64,000 nt of DNA from assembly GCA_029717555.1 (NCBI GenBank), contig JAMDHS010000047.1:62001-126000 (forward strand), read 5' to 3'. A program made the translations under genes and the position numbers. Source of the DNA: Peribolospora baueri. Lineage: Eukaryota. Below the pieces are notes generated by a model. The model did not search any database. It worked only from the letters and a program-made list of their open reading frames with translations, and had not been told where the DNA came from. Positions within the stretch are counted from its first letter, which is position 1. Every line of letters starts with the position of its first letter. Shown piece by piece: positions 1 through 11,064 of the stretch.

Positions 1-224
1 AATACACACTACTCTGAACCATGGTCAAGATCACATCTGACCTTGCCGCTGATTATGACCTCTCTTTGAGGACGGCAAGTTGCGTTACCCCAGTTTCACA
101 TGGCCCCAGTTTCACACGGACGCACGGTAACGCAACTTGCCGTCCTCAAGAATAGGTCATAATCAGCGGCGAGGTCATATGTGATCTTGACTATGGTTCA
201 GAAGTATAGAACGTGGTGTGTATT
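1..224. repeat. Long imperfect inverted repeat (fold-back/MITE-like); arms 1-89 and 126-224, loop region with a 13-bp direct repeat
   Basis: The reverse complement of 126-224 aligns to 1-89 (e.g. TTGAGGACGGCAAGTTGCGTTACC vs GGTAACGCAACTTGCCGTCCTCAA) with few substitutions and short indels near the outer end. CCCCAGTTTCACA occurs at 88-100 and 104-116. The left arm reaches the window edge. Confidence 0.9.
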
Positions 225-1534
225 CATCAAGAGGGAACGTGGGCACAATGGTAGTACACGAGGTTGTATGTGAAATCACACCCCCGCCGGAGCAGCTATC
301 TCACACCCCAGCCGGAGATATCCGTAGGGCATGCGTCGGCGTCGCTTCTTCCATTGGCTGGATGACAATCAGACCCGATGACGCGGCAAGCAGCACAAGC
401 AGCAACAAAAGGAGGTCTCATCTTGGAGCTTGAGAACGGAGCAACGTTGATAACGACTTTACAGGCGCTCGTCGAGGAGCCAAGTGAAGGAGAGGACTGT
501 GGTGGATGATACGTGCTTGCAGCTGGCGGGAGGTGCCCTCGAGCACCCCCGACTGAACACAGGCCCTTCGGTGTGGCGGGCGAGAGCGGTCACATAACCC
601 TAACACTGGCCCTTGCTGGGCTTGCTGGGCACGAACACTCGAGCACATAACGAACGGTTCGTGCAGTGCGAAAAGCGACCGTTCAGTGCGCGCAGGCGAG
701 TTGGAGGCGACGAAGTGTACTCGGTCTGATATTAACACGGCACAGAGAGAGAGAGAGAGACGACCTCCTCCGTCCTCTACCGTGGTTGTGCAATCGTCCT
801 GGTTACGTTCTTCCTCCCCAGGCGTTCGCAAGACCTGCCGTCCGACCTCTTGCATCCCTCTCGCGGCTTCGGCCAGAATTGAAACCGTTCCCTTTAACCA
901 GAGCGTAGCTCGTTGCTACAGGTTCTCCGTCGGAGATCGCATACCTTGACGACCGCACCTGTCTGTTTCTCTCTCGTTCTCTCGCGGGGCTCTGCGAGCA
1001 GGCGATAGTGAAGAAAAGACGGATGCCGAACGACGTCTGAGTGCCGGATAGACGACTGCGGCATCTGGCATCCGCAGTCGCTCGCTTCCCCAGCGTCTCA
1101 CGCACTTTCACATGCGCGGAATCCGACGCCTGGTTCACAGCGTGCTCCGTCCTGCCTGGGAATCACTGGACATGGGCGAGACGGCACGGAAATTCAGAGC
1201 ATGTATAGAGCACGAGCGTATCTTGCTTTGCTTCTCGTGAAATCCTCGACAACAATCTGCCCATTAACATACCGGAACTAGCTCCACTCAACCCGCCCGT
1301 TCGCCGCTCGGGCCGCTCGATCATTGGGATCTTTTTCACGCTCAGCATGTCACGGTCGACGTCGTCTTGCTCGTCCACCATCACTTTCCCCTTTCCAGGC
1401 CTTTTTATCTTTAAAACGGCAATCTCTCCTCGCGTTCCGCCACCTCCACCATTCCTTGCTCCTCCCCGTCTCTAGGAAAGCGAGCAGCAGCTTAGCATAT
1501 CCCTTTCTTCGTTGGTACAGGAAACGCGAACGCG

Positions 1535-3936
1535 ATGACGTCTACAGAGCGACCAGAGTACCACGACGTCGTCATCGTTGGCGCCGGCGTGTCCGGCATC
1601 GGCATGGCCGCCCAGCTCAAACGCAACCTCGGCGTGACGGACGTGCGGATCGTCGACCGCGAAGCGGGCCAGGGCGGTACATGGTGGGCCAACACGTACC
1701 CGGGCTGCGCCTGCGACATCCCCGCTACGCTCTACAGCTTCAGCTTCGCGCAGAAGAAGGACTGGTCCACGTTCTACCCGGGTCAGGGCGAGCTCCGCAA
1801 GTATATCACCGACGTGTGCCACAAGTTCGAGCTGGATGACAAGTTCCTCTTCCGCCACGAAGTGCGCTGCGCCCGCTGGGACGAAGCGACCCGTCTCTGG
1901 AACGTCGAGCTGGCCGACCTGAGCGAGGTGGGCAACGACAGGTCCCTTTCCCCGGGCTCGACCAACTCCGAGGTGGTTCAGACGGCCAAGACGAAACACT
2001 TTGTTTGTCGCGTGTTCATCTCCGCCGTCGGAGGCCTCTGCGTTCCCAACGAACTGGACGTGCCCGGCGTGAAGGACTTTAAAGGCCCCCTCTTCCACTC
2101 GGCCCGGTGGGACCACTCGGTGGACATGAAGGACAAGAACGTCATCGTCGTCGGCAACGGTTGTTCCGCCACCCAGTTCGTTCCCGTCGTCGCTGATGAA
2201 GCGAAGACGCTGACCCAGTTCGTCCGCTCCAAGCACTGGTGTGAGTAGCCCCATCGTACGGCTTTGGTGTTCTCTCTCAATTGTATCGCATTAAACCGCC
2301 TTCTCCGCACTCCAGATTTCCCTCAGCCGACCAACCCGTTCAGGTCTGCCTTCTTCCAATGGATGATTCGCCACGTTCCGGGTTTCAACCGGCTTCAAGT
2401 GAGTCCCACTGCGCCGATCCTGATCGCCAGGCCTGTCGCCCCGCGCATATGCGATGCGAGCTGACCATGGCCCTGCCTTCCGTTCTATCGCGTCCCGCAG
2501 CGTTTCCTCGTGTACTTGGCATGCGAGTTCATGATGCTGATGATGTTTGAAAGGTGGGGCAAACTCTACCGGGAGAAGTGGGCCAACGATTCTCGGAAAT
2601 AGTGAGTGCACGCACCTCACCACACCGCACCGCATCGCGTCGCCACTCGCGGGCATTGAAATTACCACAGCCCCGAGTGCGGCGGCAAAGATTCTGACGA
2701 CTGATCTTGCCTGGCATTGCTTCTCATTCTCCTAGCATCCGGAAGAATGCTCCGAAGAAGTACCACGAGCTACTCATTCCAAAGAATGGCGAGCTGAAGG
2801 CTGGCTGCAAGCGCCGCGTATTCGACACCGGCGTAAGTCTGTTCTTGGCATTTGCTCTCGCTTCGTCTCCCCTTCAAGTTCACGCTCTCACTTTGGTCCC
2901 TCCTCCCATCGACGTCGCAGTACATCCCCTGCCTCAACCGTTCCAACGTCCGCCTCGAACCCTCCAAGCTCGTCCAAATCAAGGAGCACTCCGTCATCAC
3001 CGGTGACGGTCGCGAGATTCCGGCCGACGTCATCGTCCTCGCCAATGGCTTCAACGTGCACGGGATGGGGTACCCGATGAAGGTCTACGGCAAGGGCGGA
3101 AAGACGGTGCAGGACCACTGGGAGGACTTTAACGGGCCCGTCGCTTATCGCGGAACTATGCTGTCCAACTTCCCCAACTTTTTCTCACTCATGGGACCTA
3201 ACACCGGCACGGGTCACCTCTCGGTCATCTTCACCGTCGGTGAGTCTTCTTCGCCCGTCGAATCGTGCGGACGGTCGGGTCTCTTTCTCACCCAGGGATT
3301 TGCCCGCTCACTCGTTCCCCGGGTCGCCTTGGCCGCGGCAGAATGCCAAATGGGCTTCATCGTCACCCTCCTCCAGCCCATCCTGCAAAGCCGGCCGCCC
3401 AAAGCGCTCACCACGTCGGATCTGCCCGAGGGCCAGAGCACGTCGCATCTCCCCATCGTGGAGGTCAAGGCGGAGGCGGTGGCGGACGAGCAGGTTTGGC
3501 TGCAGGAGAAGGTGGAAACGATGGTTTTCGCGCCTCGCAACGGGTGTGGGAGCTGGTACATCGACAAGGCGAGCGGAAAGGTCACCGCCATCTGTGAGCG
3601 TCAGCGTTTCTTTTCCATCTCCGCTTTCAGTCGGCTCTTGTTCGGATGGACGTTCGATCGTCTGGGGAGTTTGCATGGACGGACGACTGGCTGATCGCTC
3701 TCGTCGTTCCATCCATCCTATACGGGCTCTGCTCGTCTTTCGCCGCAGACCCGGATTGGCAGTTCCGCTTCTGGCAACGCTCCGCCTTCCCCGTCTGGAG
3801 GGATCTGGTGTACAGCGACCTCCCCGGCGGCGCCACTCGCCCCAAGGGATCCTTCATCCAGCGCATCGGATGCTCGCTCGGCTTGGGAGAGCTGTCGGCT
3901 CACAGCAAGGCGTCGTCTGCGAAGAAGGTGGACTGA
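1535..3936 (+). CDS. FAD/NADPH-dependent monooxygenase, Baeyer-Villiger (BVMO/FMO-like) family; about 7 exons
   Basis: Rossmann motif IVGAGVSG, BVMO motifs GGTWWANTYPGCACD and FKGPLFHSARWD, second Rossmann VGNGCSA, later DVIVLANGF and FPNFFSLMGPNT. Introns at about 2241-2315, 2399-2500, 2602-2735, 2833-2920, 3240-3341 and 3594-3748 join the frames; stop TGA ends at 3936. Confidence 0.9.
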
Positions 3937-4803
3937 GCGAGAGAGGTACCGTGAGGCCTCGCTCGTGCTTTCACGTTGATTCGTCTGTGGAGCGATCCGG
4001 ATCGTCGTCCTGTCTGTATTTATCGAGTCGCCGCCCGGCGTTGTCGTCGTTCCCATCCGTTGCCCCTCCCCGCTCTCCTTCCTCCTTCCTCCCTCGTTCC
4101 GCCGTGGGCGGGGCTCACACTTAGCCCCGCGTCTGATACCTAAGAAGATACGAGATGGCCGTGCTTAGATAGCTCCTCTACGTCGTCTTTCTGAGAAGGA
4201 TGGTACCCGAACCGCTCCCGCCGTGTACTGCCGTCATTTATGGTCTCGTGTACAGAAGAATGGTAGCTTACCTGCCCGCCCCGCCTTCCACCTTTTTTTT
4301 CTCCGAGACCGTCCAATCTGAGCCAGCACGACCGTGTCTGCCTGTCTGCCTGCCTGCCTTTTCTCATATCTTTCCTTATGTAATTCCTTCGTCCTTCCTT
4401 GCCCTAGAGCGTATTCGGTGCGCAGCGCTGGTGCCGATGATGGCGGATTTCACGTTCGTCCTTGTCCAGTCCAGTCGATTCACGACGCATGTGAAACGCA
4501 CCCTTCTACTTCCGCCCGCCCTTCGATCCGAGCGGCTGGTTGGTCCAAGACCGGATTGGACATTGCCGAAGGGCCGCTCGTGCTGAGGCCGATCGCCGGT
4601 CACCATCCCCCACATCGGAGCGGCCAGCCCAAATGACGGATGGCGGAGAAGAAGGAAGCCAACTACCACCATCACGAACCACGTTCATCTTCCACGGACC
4701 CCTTTACTCCTCGCCCTCCCTGCACTGTCGCGCTTAGGAAAACAAAGCAGGAAACGACGAGTCAGTTCATTCTTTCCCTCCACGCCACACCCCCCCTCCC
4801 GCC

Positions 4804-7800
4804 ATGTCGCTCGTAAAGGCAGCCGCCGGGCTCGCTGCCATCGCCTACGCCGACGCCTCCTACGGCCTCGGCTACGACTTTCGTCTCGCCGACCTCTTCC
4901 TCAAAGGCACCGCCATCAGCGCCTATCGCAGCTACCGTGGCAAGATCTCGCTCTGGTCCGTCTTCGAAGACTCCGCCAACCAGAGGCCCGACGAGCTGTG
5001 CTACTGGTTCGAGGGCAAATCGTGGACTTGGAACGAGGTCGCTCTCGGTGAGCTCGCCCCCGCCCCCCCTTCTCCGCACGCACGAGCCGGCCGAGAAGCG
5101 CTGGTGATGGATGAACAGCTGCGCTCATCGCTCCTATTCGACGATCCCCCTTCCTTCTGACGCCCCATCATCACAGAGGCCCGTCGAATCTCCAACTACC
5201 TCATCTCGAAGGGCTTCCATGTCGGAGGTGAGCAGCGACGCTTCATGGCCCCGTCCTCTTTTTTCCTCCTCGCCGAGAGTTCACGAACTAGTTCCCGGCT
5301 CACGCATAGCTTTTCCTATGTCCCTCCACAGATCGCTTCGCCTTTTTCCTCCCCAACAAGGTCTCCTTCATCTTCGCATGGCTCGGCTGCCTGCATGCCG
5401 GCGTCACGCCCGCCTTCATCAACTACTCTCTCACCGGCAAGGGTCTCCTCCACTGCATCTCTATCGCTGAGGCTCGCGGAGTGCTCTTCGATCCGGAGCT
5501 CGAGGCGGAACTCGTGCCCCTTGCGGACGAGTTGCGCAAGACAAAGCCCGGCTTCCTGTTCATCCGCTTCGACGACGGCTTGGGGCCCGGAGAGGGCAAG
5601 GAGAAGCCCGCCCCAAAGGACAGGCTCCAGGGCGCGGACGTCGAGTTGTTCGACCGCGCCGCGTGGAGCGCTCAGAGCAGCGCTAGGGTGCCAGACGAGT
5701 GGAGGAAGGACATCACCCAGACCGACCCGGCCTGTCTGATCTACACCAGGTGACTCGCGGCTTTCCTTGCCCACCTGTTTCACCGGTTTTCTGCCTTCAT
5801 TTCCCGCCAGCTTTTGCTGTCGGAGGATGGTGCTGCAGATGGGCTTACTCGATTCGGGCGTTCGCTTCCCCTTTCCCTCCTCCCATCGCAGCGGTACCAC
5901 GGGCCTCCCGAAAGCTGCGCTCTTTTCCCACGGAGTGAGTCGGCCATGCACTGCGATGACGGACTCTGAAGCCTCGGCGCACTAACCTCGTTTTCTTCCT
6001 TTTTGGCAATCAAGCGAGCTACGATGGCAGGCCAAGCGTTCTCTCGTTTGAACCGCCTAACCCCCAAGGATCGCGTCTACACTGCCATGCCCTTGTACCA
6101 CTCCAGCGCCGGTGAGCCTTCCGTCTGTCGTCCTCGCTCGGTTTGATGATCAACCCTTCTGGCCTCTACTCTCAGGCTATGGTCAGCTCGGGATGATGGA
6201 GTCGGATGGAGTGGGACGCTCACCCTTGACCCTCGCCCACTTTCCATGGTCCCATCAACAGCCATCCTCTGCGTCGGCGCCTCGTGGTGCGGCGGCTCCT
6301 CGGTTGCCGTAGGCCGCCACTTCTCTGCCCGACGCTTCTTCAATGAAGCTCGCGAAGCGAACGCGACGGTGATCCAGTACATCGGCGAAATCGCCCGCTA
6401 TCTCCTCTCGACCCCTCCCTCGGACAAGGACAAGGACCACAACATACGCATGGCTTACGGTAATGGCATGCGTCCGGACGTGTGGGAGAAGTTCAGGGAC
6501 AGGTTTGGCATCCCCGTCATCAGCGAGTTTTATGCCTGTGAGTATCGCTCGCCGCCTCAGTATTCCAGTCAGTTCAACAGCTCGGACGGACGGCTGACCA
6601 CCCGTTTTTATGCGCCCTCTTTTCAGCCACCGAGGGCAATGGCAGCTTGCTCAACTACAACACCGGCCCGTTCGGTAAGGGCGCTGTCGTGAGTGGTCGC
6701 AGACCGTCGCTATTTTGGTTCCCACGCTTCCTGTCGTGTGAGAGTGAGCGCTCGAGCTGAGAGAGTCCCCCCCCCCCGGCCGGCGTTGGCCGTCGGCCAT
6801 TTTTTTATCAACAGGGCCGCTTCGGCTCGTTCATCCGGACCATAAAGCCGGATGTCAAGGTCGTACAGGTGGATGCTATCACTGAGGAGCCTGCGCGGAC
6901 CGCCAATGGCTTCTGTATCGAGGTGAGCTACCGTCAACCCGCATACCATCACGAAAAGAGTTGTCGGTCACGAACTGCTCTTTGTCCGATCTTCCCGTCC
7001 TTCGCTCCCTTCAGTGCCCTCGCGACACGCCCGGCGAGCTCCTGATGCGTATCCACGAGGACCACCCATCAGGCAAGTTCCAAGGCTACGCGGGGAACAA
7101 GGCGGCGACGGAGAAGAAAATCATTCGCAACGTCTTCGTGAAGGGTGACGCCTACTTCCGCACGGGAGACCTCATGCGCATGGACAAGGACGGACACTTC
7201 TTCTTCTGCGACCGCCTCGGGGACACTTTCCGGTGGCACGGAGAGAACGTCAGCACGGCAGATGTCGCGGAGGCGCTCGGAGAAGTCGTCGATGAGGCCA
7301 AGTGAGTCTGAGAAGGAGAAACGGTCTCGTCTTTCATGCTCGAAACGGCTGTGCTCCAGACTTCATATCTCATCCACCCTTCATCCCTCGCACTCCACAC
7401 CTGCTATCTGCAACGTCCGCCCACAGCGTGTACGGCGTCCTACTTCCCAATCACGAAGGCCGAGCCGGCTGCGCCGCCATCCCCGCGACCTCGAAGATCG
7501 ATTTTTCTGTCGTGGCACGGCACGCGACCAAGAGGTTGCCCAAGTACGCCGTGCCGATCTTCTTAAGGATCGTGCCTGAGTGAGTAGTCTTGCGGACTGG
7601 GTCCTCCTTGCGTGAGCTGAGAGGGAGGGAGCTCTGATCTGACGACTCTTTCCTCTCTTTGGCCGTCTCTCTGTCCGTCACTCGCTCCACAGGATGACGT
7701 CGACGGGCACCGTGAAGCAGCTCAAAGTCGGCCTGCGGAACGAAGGCGTGGACCCGAACAAGGTTTCCGACCCGCTCTACTGGCTTCCTCCTGGCGGGAG

Positions 7801-7864
7801 CGCTTACTTGCCCCTCGACAAGAAGGCTTGGGCCGAGATCACGTCTGGCAGGGTCAAGCTCTGA
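4804..7864 (+). CDS. FAT1: Fatty acid transport protein / very-long-chain acyl-CoA synthetase (FATP/Fat1 family); multi-exon; C-terminus VKL
   Basis: AMP-binding motif YT|SGTTGLPKAA split by an intron, PLYHSSA, IQYIGEIARYLL, EFYA|STEGN, FATP signature GDAYFRTGDLMRMDKDGHFFFCDRLGDTFRWHGENVST, LPKYAVPIFLRI. Ends SGRVKL-TGA. Confidence 0.92.
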
Positions 7865-8481
7865 TGCCTTGGACAGTTGCGCTTCTTTCTTTCTGTCTGC
7901 TTTGCCCACATCCCTGTCCACCGCACACGTCTCGTCTCCTCCTAAGATCTACCGCTCGGGCACTTATATCTGTCGGTCGTTAGTATCTGGAATGAAAATC
8001 TTCTTTAGCTGCCTTCGCAATGCTGGCACTCATGGGGGGTAAGGGAGGAACTGGCACGGGCAGCTGGTGGGACGATGGATGTGAAGGTATTTTGTTGTTT
8101 TGCCTGTCTTTGCTTTCCTTCCCGCCATATCCGAAGAACGACAACCGCTGGTTGCCTTGGCCGCGTTTCGCCGCGGTTGAGCGAGGATGCCACCTACCCC
8201 ACTTAAACCGGGCGTCCGACAAGTGGCCGAACCCGAAGGCGCCCGTCCGTCGCCCACCGATGCCTGTCTCTCCATCGTCCTCCGGCTCGAGGACGACAAC
8301 ATCTTCTCTTCGCACCGCACCTTCCGACCTCGCCGCTCCTTCTAGCCACCCCTCTCGCTCTTTCGAAATAGCCGTACCGCTGCCCACTCCATCTCCCGCT
8401 GACTCGCGTTCGTCGATTGCTTCCGCAAAGGCGACGTCCAGACTCCAACAGGTCGCCTCTCACTTGCCTTCTCCCAACAAG

Positions 8482-10757
8482 ATGACTTCGCCTCAGGAGT
8501 TCAAGCAGGCGCCTCACAAGGTGCGTTGCGCTCCCCTCCACCCTTTGGCCAGCTTTGCGTTGATCGGCCGTGATGAGGGAAGGCCCCAGGTCGCAGATCG
8601 ACGTGGTCGCCGAATGTGGAGGTGCCGCACGACCTACGCCGGTCCACGTCGTCCCCACTGACGCTGAGTCCTCTTCTCCCTCCCTGACCCCGCTCCACAG
8701 CTGCTCGTCATTCCCGGTGAGGTCGTGCACCCGCTCCGTCCTCTCTCGTGCGATTATGTAGCCTGACGGCTCACCGTTTGTGCTATATCACCGTTTCAAC
8801 AGGCCCGATCGAGGTGTCGGACGACGTCCTGCTCGCCAATGCGCATCCTTCCATGTAAGCTTGCTGCCCCCATTCCCTTCTTCACGCCCGGCCCATACAT
8901 GGCATGGAGCAGGCCGCCGATATCTCGCCCCTTTGGCCGTGATCATCGCCTTCCCCGCAGGTCCCACGTCTCCCCGGACTTTGTCCCCGTCTTCGGCGAC
9001 TCTCTCCGCATGCTGCGACAGGTTCTCTTTACCTCCTCGGGGCAGCCCTTCCTCGTGGCCGGATCGGGTACCCTCGGATGGGACATGGCTGCGAGCAACC
9101 TCGTCGAGCCGGGCGAGGATGTGCTCGTGCTCAACACCGGCTACTTCGGTGATAGCTTCGCCGAATGGTGAGTTGTTTTGATCGGTGTTGATCGGTGAGG
9201 GTCGCCGCTGGCTTAATTGGGAACGTCGCCGTGTTGACAGTCTGCTGCTCTTTGCCCCGCTTCTTGTCTTTCAGCCTGGACACCTACGGCGCCAAGGTGA
9301 CCCAGCTCAAGGCGCCGGTCGGCGACAGGAACAAGTTGGCGGACGTCGAGAAAGCGCTCAAGGAGAAGGAATACAAGGTTAGCGAGTTACGAACTGGGGA
9401 TACACTCAACGGACTCATGCTCATCTCGCTTGATTTGCTTCTGTCTGGCTTGATTTTTTTTGCTAGATTCTCACGCTCACTCACGTAGACACCTCTACTG
9501 GCGTCCTGTCCGATGCGAAGGGGATCGCCGAGGTGGTTAGGAAGGTCTCTCCTAAGACCCTCGTCGTGCGTGCTCATTTTTCTGTCTTTGTTCCTTGAAT
9601 GTGACCCCGTTTCTTATGACTTACCTTTTCATCGGCCGGCTACCCACCCCCCAGGTCCTCGACGGCGTCTGCTCCGTCGGATCGGAGGAGATCCGCATGG
9701 ACGACTGGGGCATCGACCTCGTTCTCTCAGCGTCGCAGAAGGGTCTCGGAACTCCCCCCGGCTTGGCCGTCCTGTGCGCGAGCCAGAAAGCCATCAAGGT
9801 CTTTGAGAACCGCAAGGCCAAGCCGACGAGCTACTTTGCCAGCTGGGCCAAGTGGTTGCCGAGTGCGTATCTTGTCGGCTTTCCCCGCCTCAAACCTTCA
9901 TTTCGAGGTTAGCAACGCTGACCAAACCTTCGCTTCATGCTTCTTCTCTCTTTGCTTTTCGTTGACGATAGTCATGAAGGCGTACGAGGCTGGCCAGGGC
10001 GCTTACTTCGCCACTCCGCCGGTGAACCTGATCTACGCTTTGAACGCGTCCCTCACGGCGATCACCCAAGGCTCTCCCTCGATCGAGGAGCGTTTCCGCC
10101 TCCACCGCGAGACGAGCCAGCGCGTCAAGCAGACCCTCGCCTCGTGGGGGCTCGGGCAGATCCCGGTCAGCGCCGAGGGGAGCGCCAACGGCATGACCGC
10201 CGTCAAGTATCCCGACGGACTCAAGGCTCCCGACGTCCTGCCTCGCATGGTCAAGAAGGGCATCGTTGTCGCCGCTGGCTTGCACAAGGAGGTCAAAGGT
10301 ACGTGCTCGGTGGAATGAATGGACTGGAGAGCGGATCGGCCCCAGAGGGTGATCGTGCGCGTCATCCAGCGCCCATCCCTGGACACCCGGATCGACTTTG
10401 ACCCATTTTTTTTTCAACCCCTTCGACATCGATAGACACTTATTTCCGTATCGGACATATGGGCGAGACGGTCGTTCGGCCCGAGTGAGTCTCGTTCCGT
10501 CGCCTCCTTCATGCCCTCGCTCCGTCGTCCATATCTGGAAGGAGGGACGATAGACCGATCGATCGTCTCCGCCGATGTGTCCCGCTCGAGGAGATTGGAT
10601 ATGTTATCTGACCCGTGCCTCTCGTCGTTCTTGCCCGCCCTTTCCCCACCATCTCTCGCTCCCTCTCCTCGTCCCTTCATTCAGGCGCGGAGACATCGAC
10701 AAGCTCCTCAAGGCGCTCAAGGAGTCTCTCAACGAAGCTGGCTACCACGTGCAGTAA
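8482..10757 (+). CDS. AGX1: Alanine-glyoxylate aminotransferase (class V PLP enzyme); multi-exon; possible in-frame N-terminal extension from 8260 or 8416
   Basis: MTSPQEFKQAPHK|LLVIPGPIEV, AGSGTLGWDM, NTGYFGDSF, LTHVDTSTGVL, LDGVCSVGSEEIRMDDWGID, PLP-lysine motif SASQKGLGTPPGL, YFATPPVNL, YFRIGHMG. 16-nt micro-exon at 8701-8716; stop TAA ends at 10757. Confidence 0.93.
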
Positions 10758-11064
10758 ACTTCTGAAAGACGGAAAGAGTCCTTCTGTATGCTTACTACTC
10801 GGACGGAGGGACCATCGGTCAGGTTTCGTCAAAGGGCCGTCATTGTCCTTCGCGGCATGACGCCCGAAGATATACGTGACTAGAAGTACACTTTACAGAC
10901 GAGAGACATGAATGTGCGGTGACGGGAACCGACGAGACAAAAGTCAAGAAGAGAGCGAGTGGATGAGAACCCAAAAGAGGAAATTGAAGTGGGAAAACGG
11001 GAGATAAAATGTCCAAAGGAGGAGCAGGGAATAGGAATGGAACGAACGAGCCACATCCACGTCG

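Noticed and set aside
1472..2254. 260-aa minus-strand ORF, and similar long antisense ORFs (19301-20320 +, 13843-15126 +, 52821-53753 -, 62726-63760 -)
   Set aside because: They lie antisense to well-supported genes. High GC3 codon bias suppresses stops on the opposite strand, and none shows a recognisable motif.
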